Positions 55,827 to 64,000 of a stretch of 64,000 nucleotides of DNA are shown here, one piece after another. The first letter of the stretch is position 1; each line of letters begins with the position of its first letter. The notes under the pieces are model-generated. The model worked only from the letters and a program-made list of their open reading frames with translations, made no database searches and was not told the DNA's origin. The stretch comes from a virus. The translations under genes were made by a program, and so were the position numbers. The DNA lies in the IMG/VR virus record IMGVR_UViG_3300048586_000548, positions 29,494-93,493 of that record; one strand, 5' to 3'.

Positions 55827-58099
55827 GCGACCTCTTTCATCCAGTACGGCACCACCCCATTCGAGCCCTTCGGGAACTCCGCCACCACCGGCACGTCGGG
55901 ACAGTAGAACTTCCCCGCTTCCTCCATGCAGTGGCGCATCACGCCCGCCATTTCTTCGGCGATCGCGTCGTCCACTTCCGCCACGATTTCGTCGTGGACC
56001 ATGTTCACAATGAACGCCTGGTCCTGCCACCCGCGATCGTCAATCTCCCGCTGGATCAAGCACGCGGCAGCCTTGGTCATCGTTGCCGAACCGCCCTGAA
56101 TCGGCGCATTTGCGCCTTCGGTGTACGTCCCCTTCGCGTCCTCAGGAAAGAAGCGCAGCCGCCCGCACGGGGCGCGCACCCAGCTCACGGATCCGCCCGC
56201 CACCTGGTCCCAAATCTTGGGTCCCTTCCCCTTCGGGTCGGCCGCGTCAGAGCAGGCGTTCTGGAACTCCAGGATCCGCTCGTGGACCTCGAAGAACCGC
56301 TTGTGCATCTTGCGCGCGTCCTCCATGGTCGGCGCAGGAACGTGTCCCGCCACGATCGCGTCCACCATGCCCAGCGTGAGCTGGTCCCGGAGCTTCGGGA
56401 CGCCCGATCGATACGCCATGGAGAGCACGATGGCCTTGAAGTACTGGCGCTCGAGCTTACCCTCCGGGGTCGACAGGTCCGGGCGATGGCCCAGCATGGC
56501 CTCGGCCACGGCGAGGTACAGGTCGTCGTTGTCCAGGTACGTCCGCAAATACGTCGGATCCTTGGACAGCTGGGCGAGCAGTCGGGGCTCCTGCTGGGAA
56601 TAGTCAGCGATCACGTAGCTCCGCCCCGGCGCGGGCCGGAAACACGCACGGTACCGGGGGTCCCCAGGGATCTGCTGCAGATTCGGGCTCATGCTGAGCC
56701 GCCCCGTATTGGTCGTGGCCTGGTGCACTTCCGTGTGCACACGGCCAGTGTCTGACCGCACATTCTTGCGCAGCCACTCAATACCAAACGACGACACGCG
56801 CTGGTCGAACTTGGAGTACCGAATCAACAGATCCACGAGGTCCACCGGGAGCTGTCCGCGCGCCTTCCGCAGCTGCAGCGACTTCTTGTCCGCATCCGTC
56901 AGGATGCAGAACCGGTCTTCCGGCAGCACCCAGTCCGGAATCTGCTCAGGACTGACCTTCCGTCCCCGGGAGGCCTGAGCTTCCACCCACTCCGAGCCGT
57001 GCCCCTGCTTCAGGCGCAGCAGCTCGTCCGTGTCGGCGACGATCTGGTGCTCCCAGCCGATCTGCCCGCAGTGCCCCTTGATTGCCCATCGGATCTGCTC
57101 CGAGCTGGAGTAGTTGACCGGCTTCGCCAGTCGGGGGTACAGCGGGCGCGCCTTATGCTCGTCCGTGTCGAACAAATCGACCTGGTGGGTCAGCGGGCGC
57201 ACGAACTCGTCCAGCGCCTGCTCGGTCTTGGCCAGCTCGGAAATGGCTTCCTGGTACAAGGCCCGCCAGGCGGCACGATCGATCCCGATGCCCTGGTGCT
57301 CGAGCTCCCCCAAGACCGGGATCAGGTCCATCTCCACCTTGATCACCCCCCGCAGCCCGCGCTCCTCGATCAGCTTCCGCTGCGCGGCCGCGATCACGAA
57401 GGGGTACACCACGTCCGTCGCCGCGTAGGCGATCTGGCGCAGCGTGTGCTCGCCTGGCGGCGTGGCGTAGAACGACACCCGCAAGTCCTTGTCCTTGTCG
57501 ATGTCCAGTCCGGTATACCGATCCATCAGCGACCACATCGAGCACAGCTTGTAGGCCGAGCGCTCTTCCCCCTTCCCCGGCGCGGACCCCTTCGGGGAGA
57601 GCAGTCCAGCGCGGATGACCATCTCGGCCACCTGCGTGTCCGCCAACTGCCGCGCGCGTACACCGTACTGCGCCCGCAGGAAACGGTATTCGAATCGAAT
57701 GTTCTGGCCCAGCTTGGTCACGGCCCGCGATTCGATGACCGCGAAGATCGCGGCCAGATCGTCCGCGGTGAAGCAACGCACGTCCAGCACCACCGCGTGT
57801 GGGTCGCCCTCGGCCGGTCGCTCAACGCCCAGCTGAAGCGTGGCAATCTTGGCGTCCAGGGCGTTCAGCCCCGACGTTTCCAAGTCCAAGGCGACCACGC
57901 GGTGCTTCAGCACCCACGCCAGCACCGCAGGCAATTCCACGGGACGCGTGACGTACCAGTACCGCACATCCGCGCGGGTCTCGGTCGAGAGCGGCAAGTC
58001 GAGCCACAACTGCAACGGGGTCGTGTCCCCGGCAGGCTCCACCCGCTGGCAGACGTGCCCGTGCGCGGCGAGATCCGCCCGCTGGGCGTCGAGGTCAAA
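55823..58099 (-). CDS. polA: family A DNA polymerase (3'-5' exonuclease + polymerase); start uncertain
   Basis: ALDLETSG, GQNIRFE, YAATD exonuclease motifs; TGRLS..PNLQQIP, ADYSQQEPR, R...K...L...Y motif B, NAPIQG, VHDEI. Confidence 0.95.
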   Translation of the reverse strand, partial: FDLDAQRADLAAHGHVCQRVEPAGDTTPLQLWLDLPLSTETRADVRYWYVTRPVELPAVLAWVLKHRVVALDLETSGLNALDAKIATLQLGVERPAEGDPHAVVLDVRCFTADDLAAIFAVIESRAVTKLGQNIRFEYRFLRAQYGVRARQLADTQVAEMVIRAGLLSPKGSAPGKGEERSAYKLCSMWSLMDRYTGLDIDKDKDLRVSFYATPPGEHTLRQIAYAATDVVYPFVIAAAQRKLIEERGLRGVIKVEMDLIPVLGELEHQGIGIDRAAWRALYQEAISELAKTEQALDEFVRPLTHQVDLFDTDEHKARPLYPRLAKPVNYSSSEQIRWAIKGHCGQIGWEHQIVADTDELLRLKQGHGSEWVEAQASRGRKVSPEQIPDWVLPEDRFCILTDADKKSLQLRKARGQLPVDLVDLLIRYSKFDQRVSSFGIEWLRKNVRSDTGRVHTEVHQATTNTGRLSMSPNLQQIPGDPRYRACFRPAPGRSYVIADYSQQEPRLLAQLSKDPTYLRTYLDNDDLYLAVAEAMLGHRPDLSTPEGKLERQYFKAIVLSMAYRSGVPKLRDQLTLGMVDAIVAGHVPAPTMEDARKMHKRFFEVHERILEFQNACSDAADPKGKGPKIWDQVAGGSVSWVRAPCGRLRFFPEDAKGTYTEGANAPIQGGSATMTKAAACLIQREIDDRGWQDQAFIVNMVHDEIVAEVDDAIAEEMAGVMRHCMEEAGKFYCPDVPVVAEFPKGSNGVVPYWMKEVA

Positions 58100-60143
58100 A
58101 GTCAGTGAGAGGATGGGTTTCTCCAGCGAAAAGGTCAGACGGCACGGCCCGCTGCATGGCATCAGGCGCGACTTCAAAGCGCGACACGGCTTGGTGCAGC
58201 AGCAGGTCGATCGCCACTCCGGCTTCGCCCTCCCGCTGCTTCACGATGGTCAGCTTGCGTTGCGACACAGCGCCGGGGGTGCGCTCGCCCGTCAGGATCA
58301 GCGCCACGTCTGCATCCGCCTCGATGCGCCCCGTGCCCTTGAACCAGTTGATGGCCGGTTCGTCATTGGCTTCTTTGTTCCGCGACACCTGGGAGAACAA
58401 CACCACCGACTGGCGCAGCACCTTGGCCATGTACTTGAACTCGGCGGACAGCCGGGTCAGGCGGTCATAGTCACTGGCGCCCTCAACCCCGGTCGAAGTA
58501 GCGAACTGCAGGTAGTCCATGAACACGACCATCGGCTGCGCCAGCGCCAGGCGCTCACGCAGGATCGTGTCCTCCAGCAGATTCATGATCAGGTCCGGTT
58601 GGGCCGCGGAGTAGTGCGTGTAGATCGGCAGCCCGGTCAGCCGCGCCGCAGCGGCCGTCACCTCCGCGTCCTCCTCCGGCGTCAACGGCATTGGGTGCCC
58701 TGCCCACATCCGCTCGCCGCGAATCGCTCGCGAATCCACGCCGGACATCCGCGCCAACAGGCGCTCCTCGAAGCCCTCCTGGCCGGTCTCGGCGCTGAAC
58801 AGCAGCACCGGCACGCCCCGCTCGGCCAAGGACACGGCCGCATCGACCATCAAGGAGGTCTTGCCGATCGAGGGCAACGAGCCCACCACCGTCAACTCCT
58901 TCGGACGCAGTCGCGTGTACCGGTCCAGTCCCGCGATGCCCCACGTCGCTCCCGTAGGCACTTCGCCCCGGTTCCGCCGCCGCATCCGGTCCAGCGATCC
59001 AGCGTAGTTGGAGTGGATCATGGGTTCGTTGGTGTCCTGCACCAGCGACAGCAGATCCGGGTTCCCTCGGTGGTACGGCGCCCCGCTCGGGCACGCCTTG
59101 CATGCCTTCGAGGGGAAGTGCTCGCGGATGTACGCACAGCCCACGGGCGAGTGCCGCAGGGCTTGCGTGAACTTGTCGTCCGTTTCCTTGGGGGAGTAGG
59201 AGGGGTGGCCTTGGCTCACCAAGTGCGCCGCCTCGCGCCCGTGCTGGAAGCACGTGAGCTGCTGGATAGCCGCATACCACTCGGGTTCCTTCAGCCGGTG
59301 CTGTTCCGTAAACGCGTGCGCCATGAAGCTGCACCCGAAGTCCGAAATGAGCTTCAGCACCCCACGCTGCGGGTTCGCTGGGCGCCCGCGCGGTTCAGTT
59401 TCGCCCCACTCCACGACTTCACGCGGGGCCTCGTCGTACAGGCGCGTTTCAGTCGGCTGCTTCGCCTCGGGGGGAATCGCCCGCACCAAGACGTTGATCA
59501 TCTCCCGGGTGTTCAGGTACACCTGGGCGCAAAAGTCCTCGGGATCCAGCGGTTCGAAGGTGTCACGGTGGAGAAAAACACTCGCCCCTCCTGGCACCCC
59601 CGGACCCAGCGCGCTGGCCCATCCCGCCGGGGCCTGAGCCCCGAAAAACGGCAGCGCAATCAGATTCCCGTAGGGCTTGGTCTCGCTCACGGTGGTCTGG
59701 ACAGGGTACATCCGGTCGAAGCTCTCCGCGTCCAGCAACAGCGGCCGCAGCGCCCGCCGCACGTCCACCGCCGGGACGGGCTGGTCGAAAAACCCCCAAA
59801 TGTGCAACCCACGGCCCGAACGGGACTGCTCGAGATAGCATTGCAGTCCGGCGGATTCAAAGGCGTCGAGCTGCTTTGACGCCTGATCCAGCACGTCGGT
59901 GCCGTCGCTGTCCGTGTCAAAGTCCAGCGCAAACCACCACACCGTCGAGTCCGGCAAGAGCTGGTAGCGCCCGAGCAGCTGCTCTCCTGCGAGGTGCCCA
60001 CGGACGGCCTCGGCGGTCAGACCATCCTTCACCAGGACGTACCCCACCTTGCCGTTCACGCTGTCCTTCTTCGGGAACGCGCGCGCGTACACCTCGGTAC
60101 GTCCGTTGAACAGTCGCAGGGTTGACTCAATCAGCTCTGACAC
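58095..60143 (-). CDS. primase-helicase: AEP (TOTE-type) primase + Cys-rich linker + DnaB-like SF4 helicase
   Basis: ALDFD, SRSGRGLHIW, GNLIALP; C..C..CKAC; GSLPSIGKTS, FSAE, DYLQ, SQVSR, IEADAD, KQREG. Confidence 0.9.
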   Translation of the reverse strand: MSELIESTLRLFNGRTEVYARAFPKKDSVNGKVGYVLVKDGLTAEAVRGHLAGEQLLGRYQLLPDSTVWWFALDFDTDSDGTDVLDQASKQLDAFESAGLQCYLEQSRSGRGLHIWGFFDQPVPAVDVRRALRPLLLDAESFDRMYPVQTTVSETKPYGNLIALPFFGAQAPAGWASALGPGVPGGASVFLHRDTFEPLDPEDFCAQVYLNTREMINVLVRAIPPEAKQPTETRLYDEAPREVVEWGETEPRGRPANPQRGVLKLISDFGCSFMAHAFTEQHRLKEPEWYAAIQQLTCFQHGREAAHLVSQGHPSYSPKETDDKFTQALRHSPVGCAYIREHFPSKACKACPSGAPYHRGNPDLLSLVQDTNEPMIHSNYAGSLDRMRRRNRGEVPTGATWGIAGLDRYTRLRPKELTVVGSLPSIGKTSLMVDAAVSLAERGVPVLLFSAETGQEGFEERLLARMSGVDSRAIRGERMWAGHPMPLTPEEDAEVTAAAARLTGLPIYTHYSAAQPDLIMNLLEDTILRERLALAQPMVVFMDYLQFATSTGVEGASDYDRLTRLSAEFKYMAKVLRQSVVLFSQVSRNKEANDEPAINWFKGTGRIEADADVALILTGERTPGAVSQRKLTIVKQREGEAGVAIDLLLHQAVSRFEVAPDAMQRAVPSDLFAGETHPLTDF

Positions 60144-60217
60144 ATGCCCCCAAGCAGAAGTGGCCCACCTCGCGTTCCGCGAAGTGGACCACACCTTACC
60201 CCGGGACCAGCGGCCGG

Positions 60218-60673
60218 TTAGATCGGCGCTGTCACCCGCACCACAAGGCTGTCTGCGCCAGGCACCACCAGATCATCGATCTTCATCCAGAACGCGCGAC
60301 TCTTGGGGTTCTTCGTCTCCCACGTGTTGATGCGCGTCCACGCCGTCGCCACCACCTGCACCGAGTCTCCGTACGCGCCCGTCCACACAATCTTTGCTTC
60401 CTTGCCGTTCGGCACGGGCACCGGCTGGCCGCCGAGGGTGATCACCCAGCGACAGCTGTTCACCGACGGATTGGCCGCCTGCCACGCCGCCGTGCCGCAG
60501 TCAATCGAGCGAGCCACCGTGGTGTCCGCCGCCGTCAGCATCGCACGCACCGGAAGCTCCGGCGTGTTCGGGACCACGACCGGCACCGGCTTGGGCGTCG
60601 GCTCAGGACGGGCTGCGCCCGTACAGCCGATGACCAGCGCCGCGACCGCGAAGTACGAGAAAAACTTACGCAT
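60218..60673 (-). CDS. lipoprotein
   Basis: MRKFFSYFAVAALVIG-C lipobox followed by a Pro-rich linker. Confidence 0.65.
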   Translation of the reverse strand: MRKFFSYFAVAALVIGCTGAARPEPTPKPVPVVVPNTPELPVRAMLTAADTTVARSIDCGTAAWQAANPSVNSCRWVITLGGQPVPVPNGKEAKIVWTGAYGDSVQVVATAWTRINTWETKNPKSRAFWMKIDDLVVPGADSLVVRVTAPI

Positions 60674-61194
60674 TACAGCTTCCCCTTTCGTGAAAATGAG
60701 CTCAGACTACCGGGCTGAGCGTTCGGCTGCGTCCGGGACAGCCGGAACGCCAGCGCCGTCGGGCCGGAGGCCGCCACAGCGCCCACCAGCAGAGCCGCGC
60801 CCATCTCGAGCAACTCAGGGCTCGCCTCGCCGCCAATCCACCGCACAGCTGCCAGGACGATCGCTGCCGCCAAAGCGTTCAGGCCGCGCTTCGACCAATC
60901 TCCCAGAGCCGCCACAGGGCGAATAAAGGACGCCAGGTACACCAGCACCGTCGCGAGCGCCGCAGCAATCGGATACTGGTACTTGATGAACAGCGCCTGC
61001 AACTGCTCCTGGAAGCTCAGGGCGGGCAGCACAGCCCCTGCGCTGTCCGCGGCGGCCGCAACGATGACCGTGTCCTGGGCGGACAGCAGTGTCGGAATCC
61101 CCGCCGCTGTGGCCAACACCACGCACACCGCCAGCACCCCGGCCACCAGCAAGGCCTTCTTCATGGCGATCAGCGCCTGCAGATTACGGGTCAT
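60673..61194 (-). CDS. multi-pass membrane protein (holin-like candidate)
   Basis: GAAGGAG SD; signal-like N-terminus plus ~3 TM segments and a basic C-terminus. Confidence 0.55.
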   Translation of the reverse strand: MTRNLQALIAMKKALLVAGVLAVCVVLATAAGIPTLLSAQDTVIVAAAADSAGAVLPALSFQEQLQALFIKYQYPIAAALATVLVYLASFIRPVAALGDWSKRGLNALAAAIVLAAVRWIGGEASPELLEMGAALLVGAVAASGPTALAFRLSRTQPNAQPGSLSSFSRKGKL

Positions 61195-61261
61195 ACACAC
61201 TCCTTCGAGTAGGGTCCCAATAGCGTCCCTCGAGTAGACAAGGACCTTACGTCCACTCCCA

Positions 61262-61288
61262 TAGGTCGGCAGCAACAGGTACCAATCG
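61262..61288 (-). promoter_or_regulatory. candidate promoter CGATT-N15-CGACCTA
   Basis: Intergenic, exact consensus. Confidence 0.65.
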
Positions 61289-61297
61289 CACGCCCGC

Positions 61298-61969
61298 CTA
61301 CGGCCGGACCGCAATAGTCGCCCCCAACACCCAGCCGGTGCCTGTACGAGAAAACGTGTCCACGTCGAACGCCGCGACTTCGCTCTCCGCCGCGGCCGCC
61401 GCGACGCCGATGTTGACCCCGCCCTGTGAGACCTGGTACAACGGACAATTCGCGGGGTACGCGCTGACCGTGTCGCTGCCATTTGCCCAGGCGTAGGCCG
61501 CGACCCAGAGCGTCTTCTCCACATCCCACCCCGCCGGGTTAAACGACGGCAGGTTCAGATCGCTATTGAAGTTGTCAAATTGCCCCGTCGTGACAGCAAC
61601 GTCCGACAGCGTCCCGCCCCAGCTAGTGATCCGATGCGCGACATAGGCGACACGCGCCCCGGCGCTCAGCGTCAACCCGACCGTCCCTCCCTCACCTCCC
61701 GTAGCCACCCGCGCGTACACGGTCAGTTGCACCACTGAGTTGCTGTTCCAGGTGACCAGTTGTGTCCAGTCCGCGACCGTTGCCGTGGCCGTCCCAGCGT
61801 TCGCGATGATCAGCAGCAGCAGCTGCCCGGAGGCAATGCCTGACGGCAGGTCAAGGGTGTGCGACGTCAGCCCCGCAGATTCGTAATCGGACACCGACGC
61901 CGCGACCAGCGGGAAACCACTGCCCACCGGCGCCCCCGCACCCCACCCGAACGCCTGAATCCCGAGCAT
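61298..61969 (-). CDS. virion adhesin/fibre-tip-like protein, copy B
   Basis: LPSGIASGQLLLL..WT..VYARVATGGEG; paralog of 62614-63294. Confidence 0.65.
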   Translation of the reverse strand: MLGIQAFGWGAGAPVGSGFPLVAASVSDYESAGLTSHTLDLPSGIASGQLLLLIIANAGTATATVADWTQLVTWNSNSVVQLTVYARVATGGEGGTVGLTLSAGARVAYVAHRITSWGGTLSDVAVTTGQFDNFNSDLNLPSFNPAGWDVEKTLWVAAYAWANGSDTVSAYPANCPLYQVSQGGVNIGVAAAAAESEVAAFDVDTFSRTGTGWVLGATIAVRP

Positions 61970-62547
61970 TACGACTGGCTCAGGTAGCTGACATACCACG
62001 TGGCACCCGCCACCAGCGACACGAGGTTGTAGATCCGCACTTCCCCGCTCGGGATCGGGACCGCAGGGGCACCCGCCGCCATGTAATTCGCATTCGTGAT
62101 TGCGAACGTCGCCGTGCCATTTCCCGTCACCACCACGGTCAGGCGCGCACCCCGCCCCGAGGCGGGCGGGTTCGTCACGGTCATCGTCGCGTTGCCCGTC
62201 AGGGTACAGGTCGCGACGTTGCCGAGCGTGTAGTCCGCGTTGAAGGCCCCCGTGACGTTTCCGATCGCGTTGACCTTTTCCGCGTAGTCGGTGAGATACG
62301 CACGGGACAGTTCATTGTCCTGCAGCGCCGCCGTACCGCTCACCGTCAATCCGACCAGCGTACCCACGCTCGTGAGCGACGACGCCGTCACGCCCGCCGC
62401 CAGCGTGGCACCAGTGAGGGCGCCCGCATCACCAGCCGCCACGAGCTTGATCCAAGCCCCGCGCGCTGTACTGTACGCCCACGTCGCGCCATTGGCGGTA
62501 TAGGTCTGCCCATTGGTGGGCGCGGACGGAAAATCAAGAACAGCCAT
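61969..62547 (-). CDS. fibre-like protein, copy B
   Basis: LDFPSAPTNGQTYTANG.TW N-terminal anchor motif; LTSVGTL repeat; paralog of 63291-64000. Confidence 0.7.
   Translation of the reverse strand: MAVLDFPSAPTNGQTYTANGATWAYSTARGAWIKLVAAGDAGALTGATLAAGVTASSLTSVGTLVGLTVSGTAALQDNELSRAYLTDYAEKVNAIGNVTGAFNADYTLGNVATCTLTGNATMTVTNPPASGRGARLTVVVTGNGTATFAITNANYMAAGAPAVPIPSGEVRIYNLVSLVAGATWYVSYLSQS
62363..62409 (+). repeat. 47-bp exact direct repeat (second copy at 63697-63743)
   Basis: CCCACGCTCGTGAGCGACGACGCCGTCACGCCCGCCGCCAGCGTGGC at both sites. Confidence 0.85.
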
Positions 62548-62613
62548 ACAGTCTCCTCACAGTTGTCCCGCGCTCCACACACCCGCCATGCCCGCACAAG
62601 CCGACCCTCGGGG

Positions 62614-63294
62614 CTACGGTCCTACCCCAAGCGTGCACGCCACCCACGAGTCACCCGTCCCCGTCGTGAACGCAGTCGGATTCTGACTTGCCGCCGTCGC
62701 CGTTCGCGTAGCCCAGGCCAAACACACGCCTTGCGCGTTGTTATCCTCTACTGTGCCCGTGCTGACGAAATCCGTCGGGAACGCGGTCAACGCTCGACCG
62801 GAAGTGCCGTCGTCCTTGGCGGCGAACGCGAACCACAGCGTCTGCTGCGTGCCCCACGTGGGGGTCAGCGATGGGGGGTCCGCCGATGTGCCACTGCCTG
62901 TTGTGATTGCCCCCTCGACCGACGACAAGCTCAGCCCACCGGAGGGGCGACTGATCCGATACACGCGAAACGCGTTTCGCTCGGAAGCGGAGGTCGTGAC
63001 ACTCACCGCTGCCCCCTCCGACCCATCCGCAATACGCTTCAGCACCGTCAGCCGCACGGCCGACTCGCTCCCCGCTGAGACCGCTTCAGTCCATCCAGTG
63101 GCCGTCGCCGTCGCGTCGCCGTCGTTCGCGAAAGCAAGCAGGAGCAACTCACCTGTCACGATGCCGGACGGCAACGTGACCGAGTGGGTCGTACCGAACG
63201 TGAGCGCGGCGCTTTGCGGCGTCCCCTCCACCACCGGAGGGCCCGTCGGCGCCGCAGCGTTTCGGTACGCCGCTAGTCGTCCGATACCGATCAC
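62614..63294 (-). CDS. virion adhesin/fibre-tip-like protein, copy A
   Basis: LPSGIVTGELLLL..GWT..LKRIADGSEG..DPPSLTPTWG. Confidence 0.65.
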   Translation of the reverse strand: MIGIGRLAAYRNAAAPTGPPVVEGTPQSAALTFGTTHSVTLPSGIVTGELLLLAFANDGDATATATGWTEAVSAGSESAVRLTVLKRIADGSEGAAVSVTTSASERNAFRVYRISRPSGGLSLSSVEGAITTGSGTSADPPSLTPTWGTQQTLWFAFAAKDDGTSGRALTAFPTDFVSTGTVEDNNAQGVCLAWATRTATAASQNPTAFTTGTGDSWVACTLGVGP

Positions 63295-64000
63295 GTGTAC
63301 GGTCCGCTATACGACCCGAGCCACACCGTCCCACCATCGACGCTGATCAGTGTGACCAAGGTGACCTGATTCGCCGTCCCCAAGGAGGGCGGCGTACCGC
63401 CCACCCACTTCACAGACCCGGGCCACGCGATCGTCCGCCCTCCGGTAGCGTCCTGCGTGACATACACACTGAGGGTCGCCGCCCGGCCGGAGGCCGGTGG
63501 GTTCGACAAGGTCAGCGAGGTGATGTTGCCCGACAGCGTGCACGTCACCACGTTGCCCAGCGAGTAGTCGAACGTTTGCGCGCCGCTGATCGACCCGCGC
63601 GCATTCAGCTTTTCGGCGTAGTCCGCAAGGAGGGGCCGCGTCAGCTCGTTGTCCTGGAGTGCGACCGTGCCGCCGACCGTCAAGCTCGTCAGCGTGCCCA
63701 CGCTCGTGAGCGACGACGCCGTCACGCCCGCCGCCAGCGTGGCGCCGGTCAGCCCACCCGCCGCCGCGTCCACCGTAATGTTCGCGCTGCCGTTGAACGA
63801 CACCCCGTTGATCGTGCGCGCGGTCTGGAGCACCGTGGCGCTGCCCGCATTGCCGGTCACCGTGGTCTGGTCGCCCGTGTTCGTCCCCGACACCGTCGCC
63901 GTGGCCGAGACCGTCAGGGTCGCGCCGTTCGCGATCGTCAACGTCGCGCTGGTCGCCGGGGCGGTGATCGCCACCTTGTTGATCGAGGTCGCCGTCGCCA
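63291..64000 (-). CDS. tail fibre-like protein, copy A (5' partial)
   Basis: GNAGSATVLQTARTINGVSFNGSANIT fibre repeat; QDATGGRTIAWPGSVKW C-terminal domain; frame open to the window end. Confidence 0.8.
   Translation of the reverse strand, partial: ATATSINKVAITAPATSATLTIANGATLTVSATATVSGTNTGDQTTVTGNAGSATVLQTARTINGVSFNGSANITVDAAAGGLTGATLAAGVTASSLTSVGTLTSLTVGGTVALQDNELTRPLLADYAEKLNARGSISGAQTFDYSLGNVVTCTLSGNITSLTLSNPPASGRAATLSVYVTQDATGGRTIAWPGSVKWVGGTPPSLGTANQVTLVTLISVDGGTVWLGSYSGPYT

Noticed and set aside
61298-64000. Diversity-generating retroelement or invertible tail-fibre shufflon
   Set aside because: No reverse transcriptase, no adenine-specific TR/VR mismatches, repeats are direct rather than inverted, and no adjacent invertase

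Overview
The whole window is one stretch of a large, GC-rich, probably temperate tailed phage (siphovirus-like; no host genes seen; a diderm host is suggested by a lipoprotein and a protein ending in a beta-barrel-like signal). A + strand DNA-metabolism arm (Cas4-like nuclease, SpoVG-like protein with an SSB-type tail, intein-containing class II RNR, thioredoxin-like protein, metallophosphoesterase) converges on an attP region at ~7.2-7.5 kb that carries the 5' half of tRNA-Pro(UGG) and arm-type repeats next to a tyrosine integrase. From ~7.5 kb to the end almost everything is on the - strand. Read in transcription order it contains: duplicated fibre/adhesin cassettes, AEP primase-DnaB helicase, PolA, RuvC, a sigma factor split into separate sigma4 and sigma2 genes, terminase, portal, a free-standing LAGLIDADG gene, protease/scaffold, decoration and major capsid proteins, neck, tail tube, tail chaperone, a 2861-aa tape measure, tail-tip proteins, a lysis-like pair, dUTPase and many small early-type ORFs. 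The most interesting candidate system is the split, permuted two-subunit sigma factor together with a bipartite intergenic motif (CGWTT-N15-CGACYKA) found by eye at seven sites, several of them inside hairpins that occlude an RBS or form a terminator. Other highlights are the 5'-half tRNA attP, a possible prfB-like +1 frameshift joining primase-helicase to PolA, a -1 tail-chaperone frameshift and a Gln-ending intein beside an RNR catalytic Cys. All protein calls come from motif recognition by eye, not database searches.
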